From assembly GCA_965215885.1 (NCBI GenBank), contig CBDCEW010000089.1:1-64000 (forward strand): a DNA stretch of 64,000 nt. Direction: 5' to 3'. Position 1 is the first letter of the stretch. The number at the start of each line of letters is the position of its first letter. A program made the position numbers and the translations under genes. Under the pieces are notes generated by a model. The model saw nothing but the letters and a program-made list of their open reading frames with translations. It did not search any database and was not told where the DNA came from. This document shows positions 41,650 through 50,884 of this stretch, in pieces. This stretch comes from Candidatus Moanibacter sp. (lineage in GTDB: Bacteria > Verrucomicrobiota > Verrucomicrobiia > Opitutales > UBA2987).

Positions 41650-42063
41650 ATGAATAAATTCCTTCACACCCGTATCCGCGTGAGCGATCTCGAACAATCG
41701 ATCAGGTACTATTGCGACAATTTCGAATTTCGCGTATCGAGGCGGAGCGACAAGTCGCCCGCCGGCAACCAGATTGTCATGCTCGAACTTCCGGGGAATG
41801 AGCATCTTCTGGAGCTCACTTACTCCCCGGATTATGAACTCAACGTCCCGGAAGACCTGATGCATTTCGCCATCGGCGTGCCCGATCTTATCGAGTATTG
41901 CGATCGACTGGAGAAGAATGGCCTGGGAATCTGGCCGGATAATTGGCGGGAGGAGTTTGTCTCGGGGCTGAAGATGGCATTCGTTGACGATCCCGACGGT
42001 TACGAGATTGAGGTTCTGGAGAGGAAGGAAGAAAGGGCCGAGGATAAATTTCTGAATGATTGA
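41650..42063 (+). CDS. Lactoylglutathione lyase-like VOC protein
   Basis: FLHTRIRVSDL, LELTY, HFAIGV, FVDDPDGYEIE. Confidence 0.88.
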   Translation: MNKFLHTRIRVSDLEQSIRYYCDNFEFRVSRRSDKSPAGNQIVMLELPGNEHLLELTYSPDYELNVPEDLMHFAIGVPDLIEYCDRLEKNGLGIWPDNWREEFVSGLKMAFVDDPDGYEIEVLERKEERAEDKFLND

Positions 42064-42105
42064 GGGTTAACCCGGCCACGGCTGACCCGCACTTTCTCTG
42101 CCGTA

Positions 42106-42273
42106 CGGCAAAGCGGGTTTCCGGGCGGGATTTTCAGGCGTTTCGAGGGCGAAAATTGCCTGTTTGGTGGATCAACTATCGTCCTCGTTCTCGAAGATTC
42201 GGAAAGATCGAAAAGCTTCCGCTTTCCGCTACATGTTCCGGTCCAGAACGTAGCGGAAGGCGGAAGCTTTTCG
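42106..42273. repeat. Composite repeat ending in a GTAG-REP doublet
   Basis: CGAAAAGCTTCCGCTTTCCGCTAC ... GTAGCGGAAGGCGGAAGCTTTTCG. The roughly 130 bp ending in the left arm aligns with the reverse complement of 46508-46650. Confidence 0.75.
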
Positions 42274-42615
42274 TCTTCCAGGATGCCCGAAGTTTCCCCT
42301 CCGATTGGTCCGGCAAGTGCCATCGCGCCGGGGGCACCAGTAAATTGAAGCTTCCCTGCCGTCCGACAGGCGGTTTTCCGGGTGTTCAGGTGAGATATCA
42401 TTTTCGTAATCGTGCTCGTTCTCGAAATTGGACGAGAACGATTATCCCGCTGAGCGGAAAGCACGATTGCGTGGGAACGGTAACAGTAGGTCAATGTGGT
42501 TACGGATTTTCGGCCAGGGAAACCGGGATCCGACCCACCCCTAACCCCTCCGTGGGAGGGGAACTGTCCAAGGTAGCACCGTACTTACTTATTGGGATAC
42601 TAAAGGAGAGGCGGC

Positions 42616-43488
42616 CTACTTTTCGTAGAGCTTGTAGATTGCCTGGGTTCCGTAGTCGCCGCCACCCTCGGCCGCGAGTTGGTCGTATTTCCGTTTTGCC
42701 ATTTGAAGTCCCGTTAAGTCCAGATTCAGTTCTTCGGCTACTTCCAGGGCGATTGTCATATCCTTGATAAAGTGCTTTACAAAGAATCCGGGAGCGAAAT
42801 CGCCTTTCAGGAATCTGGGTGCAAGGTTGCTGAGTGACCAACTTCCGGCCGCCCCGCTCTCGATACATTGGATCACGCGATTTGGGTCCAAGCCCGCATT
42901 TTTTGCGTATGTCATAGCCTCTGAAATCGCGATCATACTCGAGGCGATGGCGATCTGATTGCTCATCTTTGTATGCTGACCTGCGCCCGGGCCGCCCATC
43001 AACATGATGTTTTTTCCCATGAGATCGAAAATCGGTTTCACCCGATTGAATGCCTCTTCGTCGCCGCCGACCATGATCGACAGGCGCGCTTCTCTGGCGC
43101 CGATGTCGCCGCCCGATACGGGAGCGTCGAGGGAGGAGACACCCTTTTCCCTGGCGGCATCGTAGATCCGTTTTGCCAGGACCGGACTCGAGGTGGTCAT
43201 ATCAATAATGACCGAGCCCGATCGGGTATTGGAAACGATGCCGCTGTCTTCCAGATAGACTGCCTCCACGTCGGCGGGAAATCCGACGATCGTGATGATG
43301 ACCTCGGAGGCGGCGGAAACCTCACCGGGCGAGTCTTTCCAGACGGCTCCATCCGCGACGAGACCATCCGTCTTCTCTCTTGTGCGATTGTATACGTTTA
43401 CGGGATGGCCGCCCTTTAGCAAATGCCCGGCCATGCTGCGTCCCATGACCCCCGTTCCGATGAATCCGATGATTTCCTTGTTTTCCAT
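42616..43488 (-). CDS. Beta-hydroxyacid dehydrogenase (GarR/MmsB family)
   Basis: GFIGTGVMG, LDAPVSGG, GAGQHTKMSNQ, KD. Confidence 0.92.
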   Translation of the reverse strand: MENKEIIGFIGTGVMGRSMAGHLLKGGHPVNVYNRTREKTDGLVADGAVWKDSPGEVSAASEVIITIVGFPADVEAVYLEDSGIVSNTRSGSVIIDMTTSSPVLAKRIYDAAREKGVSSLDAPVSGGDIGAREARLSIMVGGDEEAFNRVKPIFDLMGKNIMLMGGPGAGQHTKMSNQIAIASSMIAISEAMTYAKNAGLDPNRVIQCIESGAAGSWSLSNLAPRFLKGDFAPGFFVKHFIKDMTIALEVAEELNLDLTGLQMAKRKYDQLAAEGGGDYGTQAIYKLYEK

Positions 43489-43820
43489 AGTACGAGACTG
43501 TAAAGGAGTTTTGGCGTCTGCCAAGGAAATCTGTCAGGATGGGAGAACGAAGGGAAAGAGAATTAATCTCTCACGCAAAGCCGCAAAGACGCAAAGAGAA
43601 GAGGTATGGCAACGGATCAAAGGACAGCAACGGATTTGCTTTAAAGCATACTCAATGAGATTGGGAAAAGGGGATCAAGACAGCTAAGAAGAATCAGAAG
43701 AGAATGAGTGGGAGTGGTCTCACGCGTCTCACTCGACGAAATGGCTTGAGTATCTTGATAGAGCGGTACTGCATGGTTTGGCCAATATGAACCCAATCTA
43801 TATAATGAAAGAGAGTCAAA

Positions 43821-45404
43821 ATGTTTAACGAACTTCAACCTATCCTTATCGGCGGAGAGTGGCGCCATTCCTCAGGGAGTGGGAGTTTTCACGCCACAAA
43901 TCCGAAGACCCGTGAATCGCTTCCCGAGGAATTTCCAGTAAGCCCATGGGATGAAGTGGAAGAGGTCATCAATGCAGCCGCCGAAGCCTTTGAGCAGCTT
44001 CTGGAGGTTTCACCCGAAGAGATCGCAAAGTTTCTCGAAAACTATGCGGATCGGATTGAAGCGAGAGGCGACGAGCTGACGGAACGGGCCCATACTGAGA
44101 CTGCTCTACCCGCCGAGCCGCGGCTAGGATCAGTCGAATTACCGCGCACGAGTAACCAGTTGCGTCAGGCTGCTGCCGCTGCCAGAGAGCGATCGTGGGC
44201 GATTCCGACAATCGACACTGTGAATAACATTCGGTCACTATGTCGGGCGATTGGGCCAGTCTGCGTCTTTGGTCCCAACAATTTTCCTTTTGCCTTTAAC
44301 GGTGTGGCAGGGGGAGATTTTGCGGCCGCCATTGCAGCGGGAAATCCCGTAATTGCGAAGGCTAATACTTCGCATCCGGCGACTTCGAGGATCCTGGCGG
44401 AAGAGGCGTTTGCGGCGGTGAGTGAGTCGGGATTGCCCGCCGGAACAGTACAGATGATTTACCGAACGAGTCATGCGGACGGTGCGCGATTAGTCTCCCA
44501 CCCACTCATCGGCGCCACGGGTTACACCGGATCGAGGAGGGCGGGACTGGCATTGAAAGAGGCTGCCGACGAAGCTGGTGTACCGATTTATCTGGAATTG
44601 AGCAGCATCAATCCGGTGGTCGTACTACCTGGAGCTCTCGATGGAGACTCGGATCGAGTTGTTGATGATTTTGTGACCTCCGTGCTGATGGGCACGGGAC
44701 AGTTTTGCACGAATCCAGGCCTTGTCGTTCTTTTCGACGATGACTCTTCCGCCTCCTTCATTGAGAAGGTTAAAGTCCGATTCGAAGAGGCTCCACCAGG
44801 AACTTTACTGGGCGAAGGAGTCGAGAATTCATTGCGCTCCGGAATCCAGGCTTTGCAGGACGCGGGAGCTGAAAAAATCACCGATGAACGCGAGGGAGGA
44901 GAAGGGTATTGTGTCGCTAACACCCTCCTTAAAGTTGACGCAAAGCAATTTCTTCAAAATTCACTCGCCCTTCAGGAGGAGGCATTCGGAAACTCCAGCC
45001 TTCTGGTCGTTGTCAGCGATCGTGGCCAAATGAGAGACATTCTTCATTCTCTGGAAGGCAATCTTACGGGGTGCATCTACAGTGATAGTGGCGGCAGCGA
45101 TGACGCAATTTATGCAGAGATCGAACCGATTCTCCGCCGCAAAGTGGGTCGAATTCTCAATGATAAGATGCCTACTGGAGTAGCAGTCTCACCGGCCATG
45201 AACCACGGCGGACCTTTTCCGGCGACCGGACACCCCGGTTTCACTTCAGTCGGTTTCCCGGCTTCCCTGCTCAGGTTCAGTGTTCTTCAAAGTTACGACA
45301 ACGTTCGCCAGGATCGTCTCCCGCAGGAACTTGCGGATAAGAACCCCACGGGAAGAACCTGGCGCCTCGTCGATGGGAATTGGACACAGGAGGACGTGCC
45401 TTAG
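43821..45404 (+). CDS. NADP-dependent aldehyde dehydrogenase (2,5-dioxopentanoate dehydrogenase-like)
   Basis: PNNFPFAF, GGDFA, ELSSINP, GQFCTNPG, HGGPFPAT. Confidence 0.9.
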   Translation: MFNELQPILIGGEWRHSSGSGSFHATNPKTRESLPEEFPVSPWDEVEEVINAAAEAFEQLLEVSPEEIAKFLENYADRIEARGDELTERAHTETALPAEPRLGSVELPRTSNQLRQAAAAARERSWAIPTIDTVNNIRSLCRAIGPVCVFGPNNFPFAFNGVAGGDFAAAIAAGNPVIAKANTSHPATSRILAEEAFAAVSESGLPAGTVQMIYRTSHADGARLVSHPLIGATGYTGSRRAGLALKEAADEAGVPIYLELSSINPVVVLPGALDGDSDRVVDDFVTSVLMGTGQFCTNPGLVVLFDDDSSASFIEKVKVRFEEAPPGTLLGEGVENSLRSGIQALQDAGAEKITDEREGGEGYCVANTLLKVDAKQFLQNSLALQEEAFGNSSLLVVVSDRGQMRDILHSLEGNLTGCIYSDSGGSDDAIYAEIEPILRRKVGRILNDKMPTGVAVSPAMNHGGPFPATGHPGFTSVGFPASLLRFSVLQSYDNVRQDRLPQELADKNPTGRTWRLVDGNWTQEDVP

Positions 45405-46366
45405 GATTCGGGGTAGAAGCAATTCAGAATGTAACTTTGAAGTTTTGCGAGCAGTTCCGGCAAGCTGGGCTTCATCTCCTCATAACCCTCAAAAAGTCGC
45501 GCCCCGGCGTTTTCCACAGCGACTAACTCGAGTCGTGCTTCCAGTCTTTCAGCTTTTTCTCTGAGCCATTTTGCCTGTTCGAAGCGCACGTCTTCCCTAC
45601 CGGCGAGAAGCAGCACTGGCGGCGATTCGTGGGTTAGAAAGTTAACCGGGCTGGCATCCGCGTAATTCTCCGGAACTTCCTCGATACTACCACCCAACCC
45701 CATTCGCAATTGGGTGCGTACCTTCTTTTTATCTTCCTCGTCCCCTTCTGCTACGTGTTCGGCTATGCGCACGAGATCAGTGGCAGGAGCAAAGGCAATT
45801 ATAAAAGTAGGGGGATAAGCGGGCAGGTTCTCCTGAGTGTCTTGCTTCTCGGATTTCGCGCCGCCGAGGCCCAACATTAGCGCAATATGCGCACCACTTG
45901 TTTCTCCCATTAAGCCTATGCGATTCGAATCGAATTCGTATTCCGTCGCTCTTGTGCGGAGCCACTCTCTTGCCTTTCGCGCATCCTCAAAGAGATTCCT
46001 CAGGGGATTCTTTTTACTCGCCTTGCTATAGTTTATTGAAGCGACGTTGATCCGACCCTTTTCAACGAGGTCAAGTAGAGTTTCCCTCAGGAAGGCAATC
46101 TCCAGAATCTCTTCCTTCTTCCCTTTCCGATATCCCCCACCATGGAGATAAATCAGAAGGGGAGGGGAGGAGTTCACGAGAGCCTTCGCCCTATAGAGAT
46201 CGAGGTGCAGGGGGCGCTTGCCCGACTCGTCGTAAATCAGATTCGAAATCCTCTGCACGCCCGGAGGAACCAGTGCCTCCTCCTCTGACCCGATTGATTC
46301 TTCTTCGCCCGAAAGGTACGTAAGAAGTGCCAGGGGAAGAAAAGCAAGTAAGCGGTACCACTTCAT
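45401..46366 (-). CDS. Secreted alpha/beta hydrolase
   Basis: LDLY, HGGG, GETSGAH (atypical nucleophile elbow). Confidence 0.82.
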   Translation of the reverse strand: MKWYRLLAFLPLALLTYLSGEEESIGSEEEALVPPGVQRISNLIYDESGKRPLHLDLYRAKALVNSSPPLLIYLHGGGYRKGKKEEILEIAFLRETLLDLVEKGRINVASINYSKASKKNPLRNLFEDARKAREWLRTRATEYEFDSNRIGLMGETSGAHIALMLGLGGAKSEKQDTQENLPAYPPTFIIAFAPATDLVRIAEHVAEGDEEDKKKVRTQLRMGLGGSIEEVPENYADASPVNFLTHESPPVLLLAGREDVRFEQAKWLREKAERLEARLELVAVENAGARLFEGYEEMKPSLPELLAKLQSYILNCFYPES

Positions 46367-46761
46367 TTTATCCTGAGATTGAAATTAAGCCATCAGTGTT
46401 CCACAGGTCTAGCAGCCTGTCAGACTTATTCGAGCACTATTCATCAGGTTGACCGGACGAAATGCTTCCGTCCCGCCGAGCGGGACTACGATCGGAAAGG
46501 AAGCATATAGCGGAAAGCGGGAGCTTTTCGTGTTCTTGCGAATTATCGAGAACGAGGACGAGAACGAGGACTAATTCTGATCTGCCAGACAGGCAGTTTC
46601 CGTCCTCGACAGGACTGAGAATTTCACCCTCACGCTAACTCGCTCTGCCGATTTGCTTTGCTTTCGTAACGGGATCGGTATCAATGTTTCTCGGTGTCTG
46701 AGAGGAACTCGTGCCGTGTCCCTTTAGCAATTTCACCCAGGCAGGAGGGATTCTTTATACT

Positions 46762-47376
46762 ATGAAATGTAAGCTATTGTCTTTTGGAATTATCGTAATA
46801 AGCATGTGCCTTTTCCTTATTTCTAAAAGAGGTGAGATGAAAGAGGTAGAGTTCGAGGCAGGATCGGACGATCCCGCGGCAACGGATGAGGATCGGAGAC
46901 ATATGAACCGGGCCTACGAGCTTGCTTCCAGTGCTGTCGAACACGGAAACCATCCATTCGGTGCGTTAATAGTGAGGGACGGAGAGATCCTCTTAGAATT
47001 CGAAAATCAAGTCATTACTTCAGGCGATGTCACACAGCACGCCGAGACCGGATTGATCAGTCTGGCGACTCCGAAATTTGATCGGGAAACGCTCTCTCAA
47101 TCGACTCTCTATACCAGCACGGAGCCGTGCATCATGTGTTGCGGCGCGATTTATTGGGCGGGGGTCACTAAGATCGTTTTCGGGACAAGTGCGAGGGAGA
47201 TGGTGACGAAGGGACTAAAGAGTGAATACCGGGGAATACCCAGCAGGGAGGTTTATTCCCGTATCGGACCGCACGTTGAAATCATAGGTCCCATAAACGA
47301 GGAGCGTGGCCTCGAGATTCATAAAGAGGGTTGGCCAAAAGTTTTCAAGGCACGCAGCGAAAAGGAAAATGAGTAG
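46762..47376 (+). CDS. Nucleoside deaminase (guanine deaminase/TadA-like)
   Basis: HPFGA, HAE, EPCIMC. Start uncertain. Confidence 0.88.
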   Translation: MKCKLLSFGIIVISMCLFLISKRGEMKEVEFEAGSDDPAATDEDRRHMNRAYELASSAVEHGNHPFGALIVRDGEILLEFENQVITSGDVTQHAETGLISLATPKFDRETLSQSTLYTSTEPCIMCCGAIYWAGVTKIVFGTSAREMVTKGLKSEYRGIPSREVYSRIGPHVEIIGPINEERGLEIHKEGWPKVFKARSEKENE

Positions 47377-47393
47377 CAATTGATGGAATAGAC

Positions 47394-47858
47394 ATGCCAC
47401 TTTTCCTGGTCCAGCACGGTAAGAGTCAGACAAAAGAGGTGGATCCCGAAAGAGGACTTACCGAAGAAGGGGCTGCAGAAGTAAGAGGTGTTGCCAGGGT
47501 TGCCAAAGAGTGTGGCATTCGACTTTCGAAGGTCAGACACAGTGGAAAGAAGAGGGCTCGAGAAACGGCCGAAATTCTCGCGGAGGCATTGCTGGATTCG
47601 GAGGGATCTGTAGCAGCTATCGAAGGATTGGGCCCGTTGGATGATGTTTCTGTAATCGCTGCTCGAGTTTCTGAAGAGGCCAGTCTGATGGTAGTGGGGC
47701 ACCTGCCATTCATGGAGAGACTGACTTCATTCCTGATCACCGGAGATGCCGAAAAGCCGGTGTTAAAATTCCAGAATGGAGGGATTGTTTGCCTGGACAG
47801 GGAACCGGATTCAGAGGCGTGGGTGGTTAAGTGGGCCATCGTAGCGAATTTGACTTGA
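47394..47858 (+). CDS. sixA: Phosphohistidine phosphatase
   Basis: LVQHG, HS.K.RA.ETA, VGHLP. Confidence 0.85.
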   Translation: MPLFLVQHGKSQTKEVDPERGLTEEGAAEVRGVARVAKECGIRLSKVRHSGKKRARETAEILAEALLDSEGSVAAIEGLGPLDDVSVIAARVSEEASLMVVGHLPFMERLTSFLITGDAEKPVLKFQNGGIVCLDREPDSEAWVVKWAIVANLT

Positions 47859-47962
47859 GATATCGCGCAAAGCCGCAAAGAACGCAAAGGGTGTGTTGAG
47901 TTTGACTTGGCGTGGCAGAAAAGTATTGAGGGGGAGCGGGCGAAAGGCCAGATTCTGGTGAC

Positions 47963-48826
47963 ATGGCAGAGTCACGCGTTCAGCGGCTTCTCGACGAATT
48001 GGGCACGATTGTATTTCCGGGTGTCTACGACTCACTCTCCGCGAAGATTGTAGAGAATAACGGGTTTCCTCTGAGCTTTATTTCGGGTTACTCGGTTTCA
48101 GCGAGCTCGATTGGTGAGCCTGATATGGGTTTACTGACACAAACTGAGATGCTGGAACGCGCCAGGCAAGTGTGCCGGTGTGTGAGTATCCCGATTATCG
48201 TCGATGCCGATACGGGTTATGGGAATCCCTTGAACGTGATGCGCACGGTTGAGACTCTGATCGAGGCGGGTGCGGCGGGTTGCTTCCTCGAGGATCAGCT
48301 TTGGCCGAAGAAGTGCGGCCACATGCGAGGGAAAAAGGTAATCGAGCGAGAGGAATACATTCAGAAAATTGGGGCCGCTTCGGAGGCGCGAGCCGGCCGC
48401 GATTTTTTTATAGTATCGCGCACAGATGCTTTGGCGGCGGTAAGTCTTGAGGAGGCGTTGGCGCGTATGGAAGAAGCCCGTGAAGCGGGAGCCGATGCCA
48501 GCTTTGTAGAAGCGCCGGGATCAATCGAATTTCTGGAGGAAATCGGACACTCGGCACCGAAGCCGATGGTTGCGAATATGATCGAAGGAGGAAAAACACC
48601 AATCCTTGAGCGATCCCGTCTCGAAGCTATGGGTTTTCAGTTGATATTGTATCCTCTGGCGGGAATTTTTGCCGCCGCTCAAGCGATGCACTCCGTCTTC
48701 AGGAAGTTGAAAGATGACCAGACGACCCTCGGTGCGGAGGAGCAGCTCTTCTCTTTTGAACGTTTTAACCAACTCGTTGGAGTTGAAGAGAAATTTGCTT
48801 TGGCGGAGCGTTTCGGGGCCGAGTGA
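47963..48826 (+). CDS. Isocitrate lyase/PEP mutase family (methylisocitrate lyase-like)
   Basis: DADTGYG, EDQ..PKKCGH, RTDA, NMIEGGKTP. Confidence 0.9.
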   Translation: MAESRVQRLLDELGTIVFPGVYDSLSAKIVENNGFPLSFISGYSVSASSIGEPDMGLLTQTEMLERARQVCRCVSIPIIVDADTGYGNPLNVMRTVETLIEAGAAGCFLEDQLWPKKCGHMRGKKVIEREEYIQKIGAASEARAGRDFFIVSRTDALAAVSLEEALARMEEAREAGADASFVEAPGSIEFLEEIGHSAPKPMVANMIEGGKTPILERSRLEAMGFQLILYPLAGIFAAAQAMHSVFRKLKDDQTTLGAEEQLFSFERFNQLVGVEEKFALAERFGAE

Positions 48827-49029
48827 CGAGGATGGATCGATTGGCGACCCCAGAGGAAGAGGCTGAGCAACTTCTCTCCCTGACGAAGAATGATCTCATG
48901 AAGGGCATTGAGACCATTGAGCGGCGCAATTACAAGACAAAGGCATATTGGATGGGAGGTAAGGTTCTCTGCGTCGGTCTCATTCTCTACTGCGCGTCGG
49001 TTTCTTTAATGCTTCTTAATCCGCATTAA
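48823..49029 (+). CDS. Small hypothetical membrane protein
   Basis: GTGA overlap with the upstream stop, one C-terminal TM helix. Confidence 0.45.
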   Translation: MTRMDRLATPEEEAEQLLSLTKNDLMKGIETIERRNYKTKAYWMGGKVLCVGLILYCASVSLMLLNPH

Positions 49030-49095
49030 CTTATGGATTCAGATAAGATAGGTATGAACTTGACAATTCTAACTGGTCATTAAATCTAGTCATTT

Positions 49096-49326
49096 ATGGA
49101 AATTTCAGCAACAGAATTCAAAGCGAAGTGTCTTGCCATCATTGACCAGGTTCATGATAGCGGGGAACCGGTTGTGATCACAAAACGTGGCAGCGTTGTA
49201 GCGCGCCTGATTGCCGACGGGGATGTCGATGAAAAACCGTGGCTCAACTTACGTGGAAGTGGTCGCTTTATTGGCGATCCGTTTAAACCAGTAGTGGTGG
49301 AATCCGAGATTGAAGTATTAAAATAG
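49096..49326 (+). CDS. Phd/YefM antitoxin
   Basis: SATEFKAKCL...ITKRG. TTGACA at 49060. Confidence 0.9.
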   Translation: MEISATEFKAKCLAIIDQVHDSGEPVVITKRGSVVARLIADGDVDEKPWLNLRGSGRFIGDPFKPVVVESEIEVLK

Positions 49327-49727
49327 TGGACACGCTTCCCCTTCTCGATACTCACGCGTGGGTCTGGTGGATCATTGGGGATAAGCGCCTCAAAAGGAAG
49401 CATCGAGAAGGATTAGATGCGATGCCACCAATGCAGAGGCCTTATGTTTCATCAATTAGTCTGTGGGAAGTAAGCATGCTCGTTGAGCGGGGACGACTCG
49501 ACCTCGAAATACCACTGCTGGAATGGCTGACACTTGCGGCTCACCCGCGAACCGTAAGGCTACTTCCGATAACCCCTCTGATTGCTTCCGAAGTGGCGAA
49601 TCTTCCTACATCCTTTCATCGTGATCCAGCCGATCGCCTTATTGTCAGCACCGCTAGAGTAAGAGAGCTTGAAGTCTTGACCAACGATAAGAGCATTCGC
49701 ACTTCCCGTTTGGTTAGACTCTGGTAG
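49326..49727 (+). CDS. vapC: VapC/PIN toxin
   Basis: LLDTHAW.W, SLWE, HRDPADRLI. Confidence 0.9.
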   Translation: MDTLPLLDTHAWVWWIIGDKRLKRKHREGLDAMPPMQRPYVSSISLWEVSMLVERGRLDLEIPLLEWLTLAAHPRTVRLLPITPLIASEVANLPTSFHRDPADRLIVSTARVRELEVLTNDKSIRTSRLVRLW

Positions 49728-49735
49728 ACAGGCTC

Positions 49736-50884
49736 TTATTTTCCCTCTTCTCCCTCGGTGTCCGCCTCGCTCTCCTCGGAAATCTCAACAAGCTTTTCAA
49801 GGGCATCGTTAAGCTGGTTAAAGGTGTAGTCGGGATAGGTGAGCGAAACTTCCTGCATGATGTCGTTTAAGCGGTTTTCCGGATCGATCGTGGAAAAAAA
49901 GATAAAGACTGGGCCCGGGTCGGTCATTTCCGGTTCTTCTTCCGAATCATCGGTTGTTCCATCGTCACCGGCTTCTTCAGGCTGGGTGACATCTTCCGAC
50001 CCAACTTCGGTTCCCTCTTCCTCACTCTCTTCTTCTTCCTTTTCGACAGGTTCGGCGGGCCGGCGTCCGAACGATAGACTGTAACTCTCGCCGTTGAAGA
50101 GAAACAGCTCGATTTCACGGCTGTGATCAAGGGCGGCAAGAGCGTCAGGATCCTCTCTATCCACCACTTTGCTGAATCTGGCATTTATGAGAGTTCTCAG
50201 AAGATTCTTAACTTCGGTGTCGTTGATCTTTTTGCTCTCCTCCAGTTCACTGGCAGTAAATGGCGATTCGGCGGATTCGCGATAAATCTCGAGCGTAGAC
50301 TCCCTGCTCTCAATTCCACTTAGCCTGATATTTTCTACTTCTTCGCTTTTAAAAGAGAGCAGTTTTTTCTGCGGCCAGTTCTCATGGTTAGTGTCAAGAT
50401 AGAGGCTGAGATCGGCGAGGTAAGCTTCCTCACCATCGTTCAATTTTACAAAAGTACCTCCGGAGGGACCTCGCTTGCCGGTTTCCAATACCCAAAGAGA
50501 TTCGCTTGCGGCAGATTTGAATTCGACCCGGTTTTCGCCCAACTCCAATCTTTCGATTCGACTCGGATCTTTTGTCACTGCACGAAGCACAGTAGCATCG
50601 AGGAGGGAGCGGGTGAGGGACTCAAGCTTTGAGAAATCGGCTGGAAAGTTATGATATTCGGGAAGAATCCAGTTATTATCATCGGCTTTGTTCAAGAGGA
50701 CTGCCTCACCGCTCGAAGGATCTGAAATAATAATCTCGGTTGTCGCCTCGATGATATGCGGCGAAATGAGCTCTTTCCCCACCAAACCTCCGGGGCTCTT
50801 TTCTTTTGGCTTTGTAAGCCACCACCCAGCGAGAGCCAGGAGACCTAAAACAAGAACGCAGATTAGAATGTGTTTCAGCTTCAT
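49736..50884 (-). CDS. DUF4340-domain protein
   Basis: N-terminal TM and position downstream of a GldG-like gene. Confidence 0.72.
   Translation of the reverse strand: MKLKHILICVLVLGLLALAGWWLTKPKEKSPGGLVGKELISPHIIEATTEIIISDPSSGEAVLLNKADDNNWILPEYHNFPADFSKLESLTRSLLDATVLRAVTKDPSRIERLELGENRVEFKSAASESLWVLETGKRGPSGGTFVKLNDGEEAYLADLSLYLDTNHENWPQKKLLSFKSEEVENIRLSGIESRESTLEIYRESAESPFTASELEESKKINDTEVKNLLRTLINARFSKVVDREDPDALAALDHSREIELFLFNGESYSLSFGRRPAEPVEKEEEESEEEGTEVGSEDVTQPEEAGDDGTTDDSEEEPEMTDPGPVFIFFSTIDPENRLNDIMQEVSLTYPDYTFNQLNDALEKLVEISEESEADTEGEEGK

Noticed and set aside
42000..42767. 164-aa and 235-aa ORFs
   Set aside because: They span palindromic repeats or lie antisense to the dehydrogenase, and show no protein-like motifs.
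46762..47376. Deaminase as the editor of the dctP stop codons
   Set aside because: It looks like an ordinary guanine-deaminase-type enzyme about 12 kb away, with no evidence of linkage.
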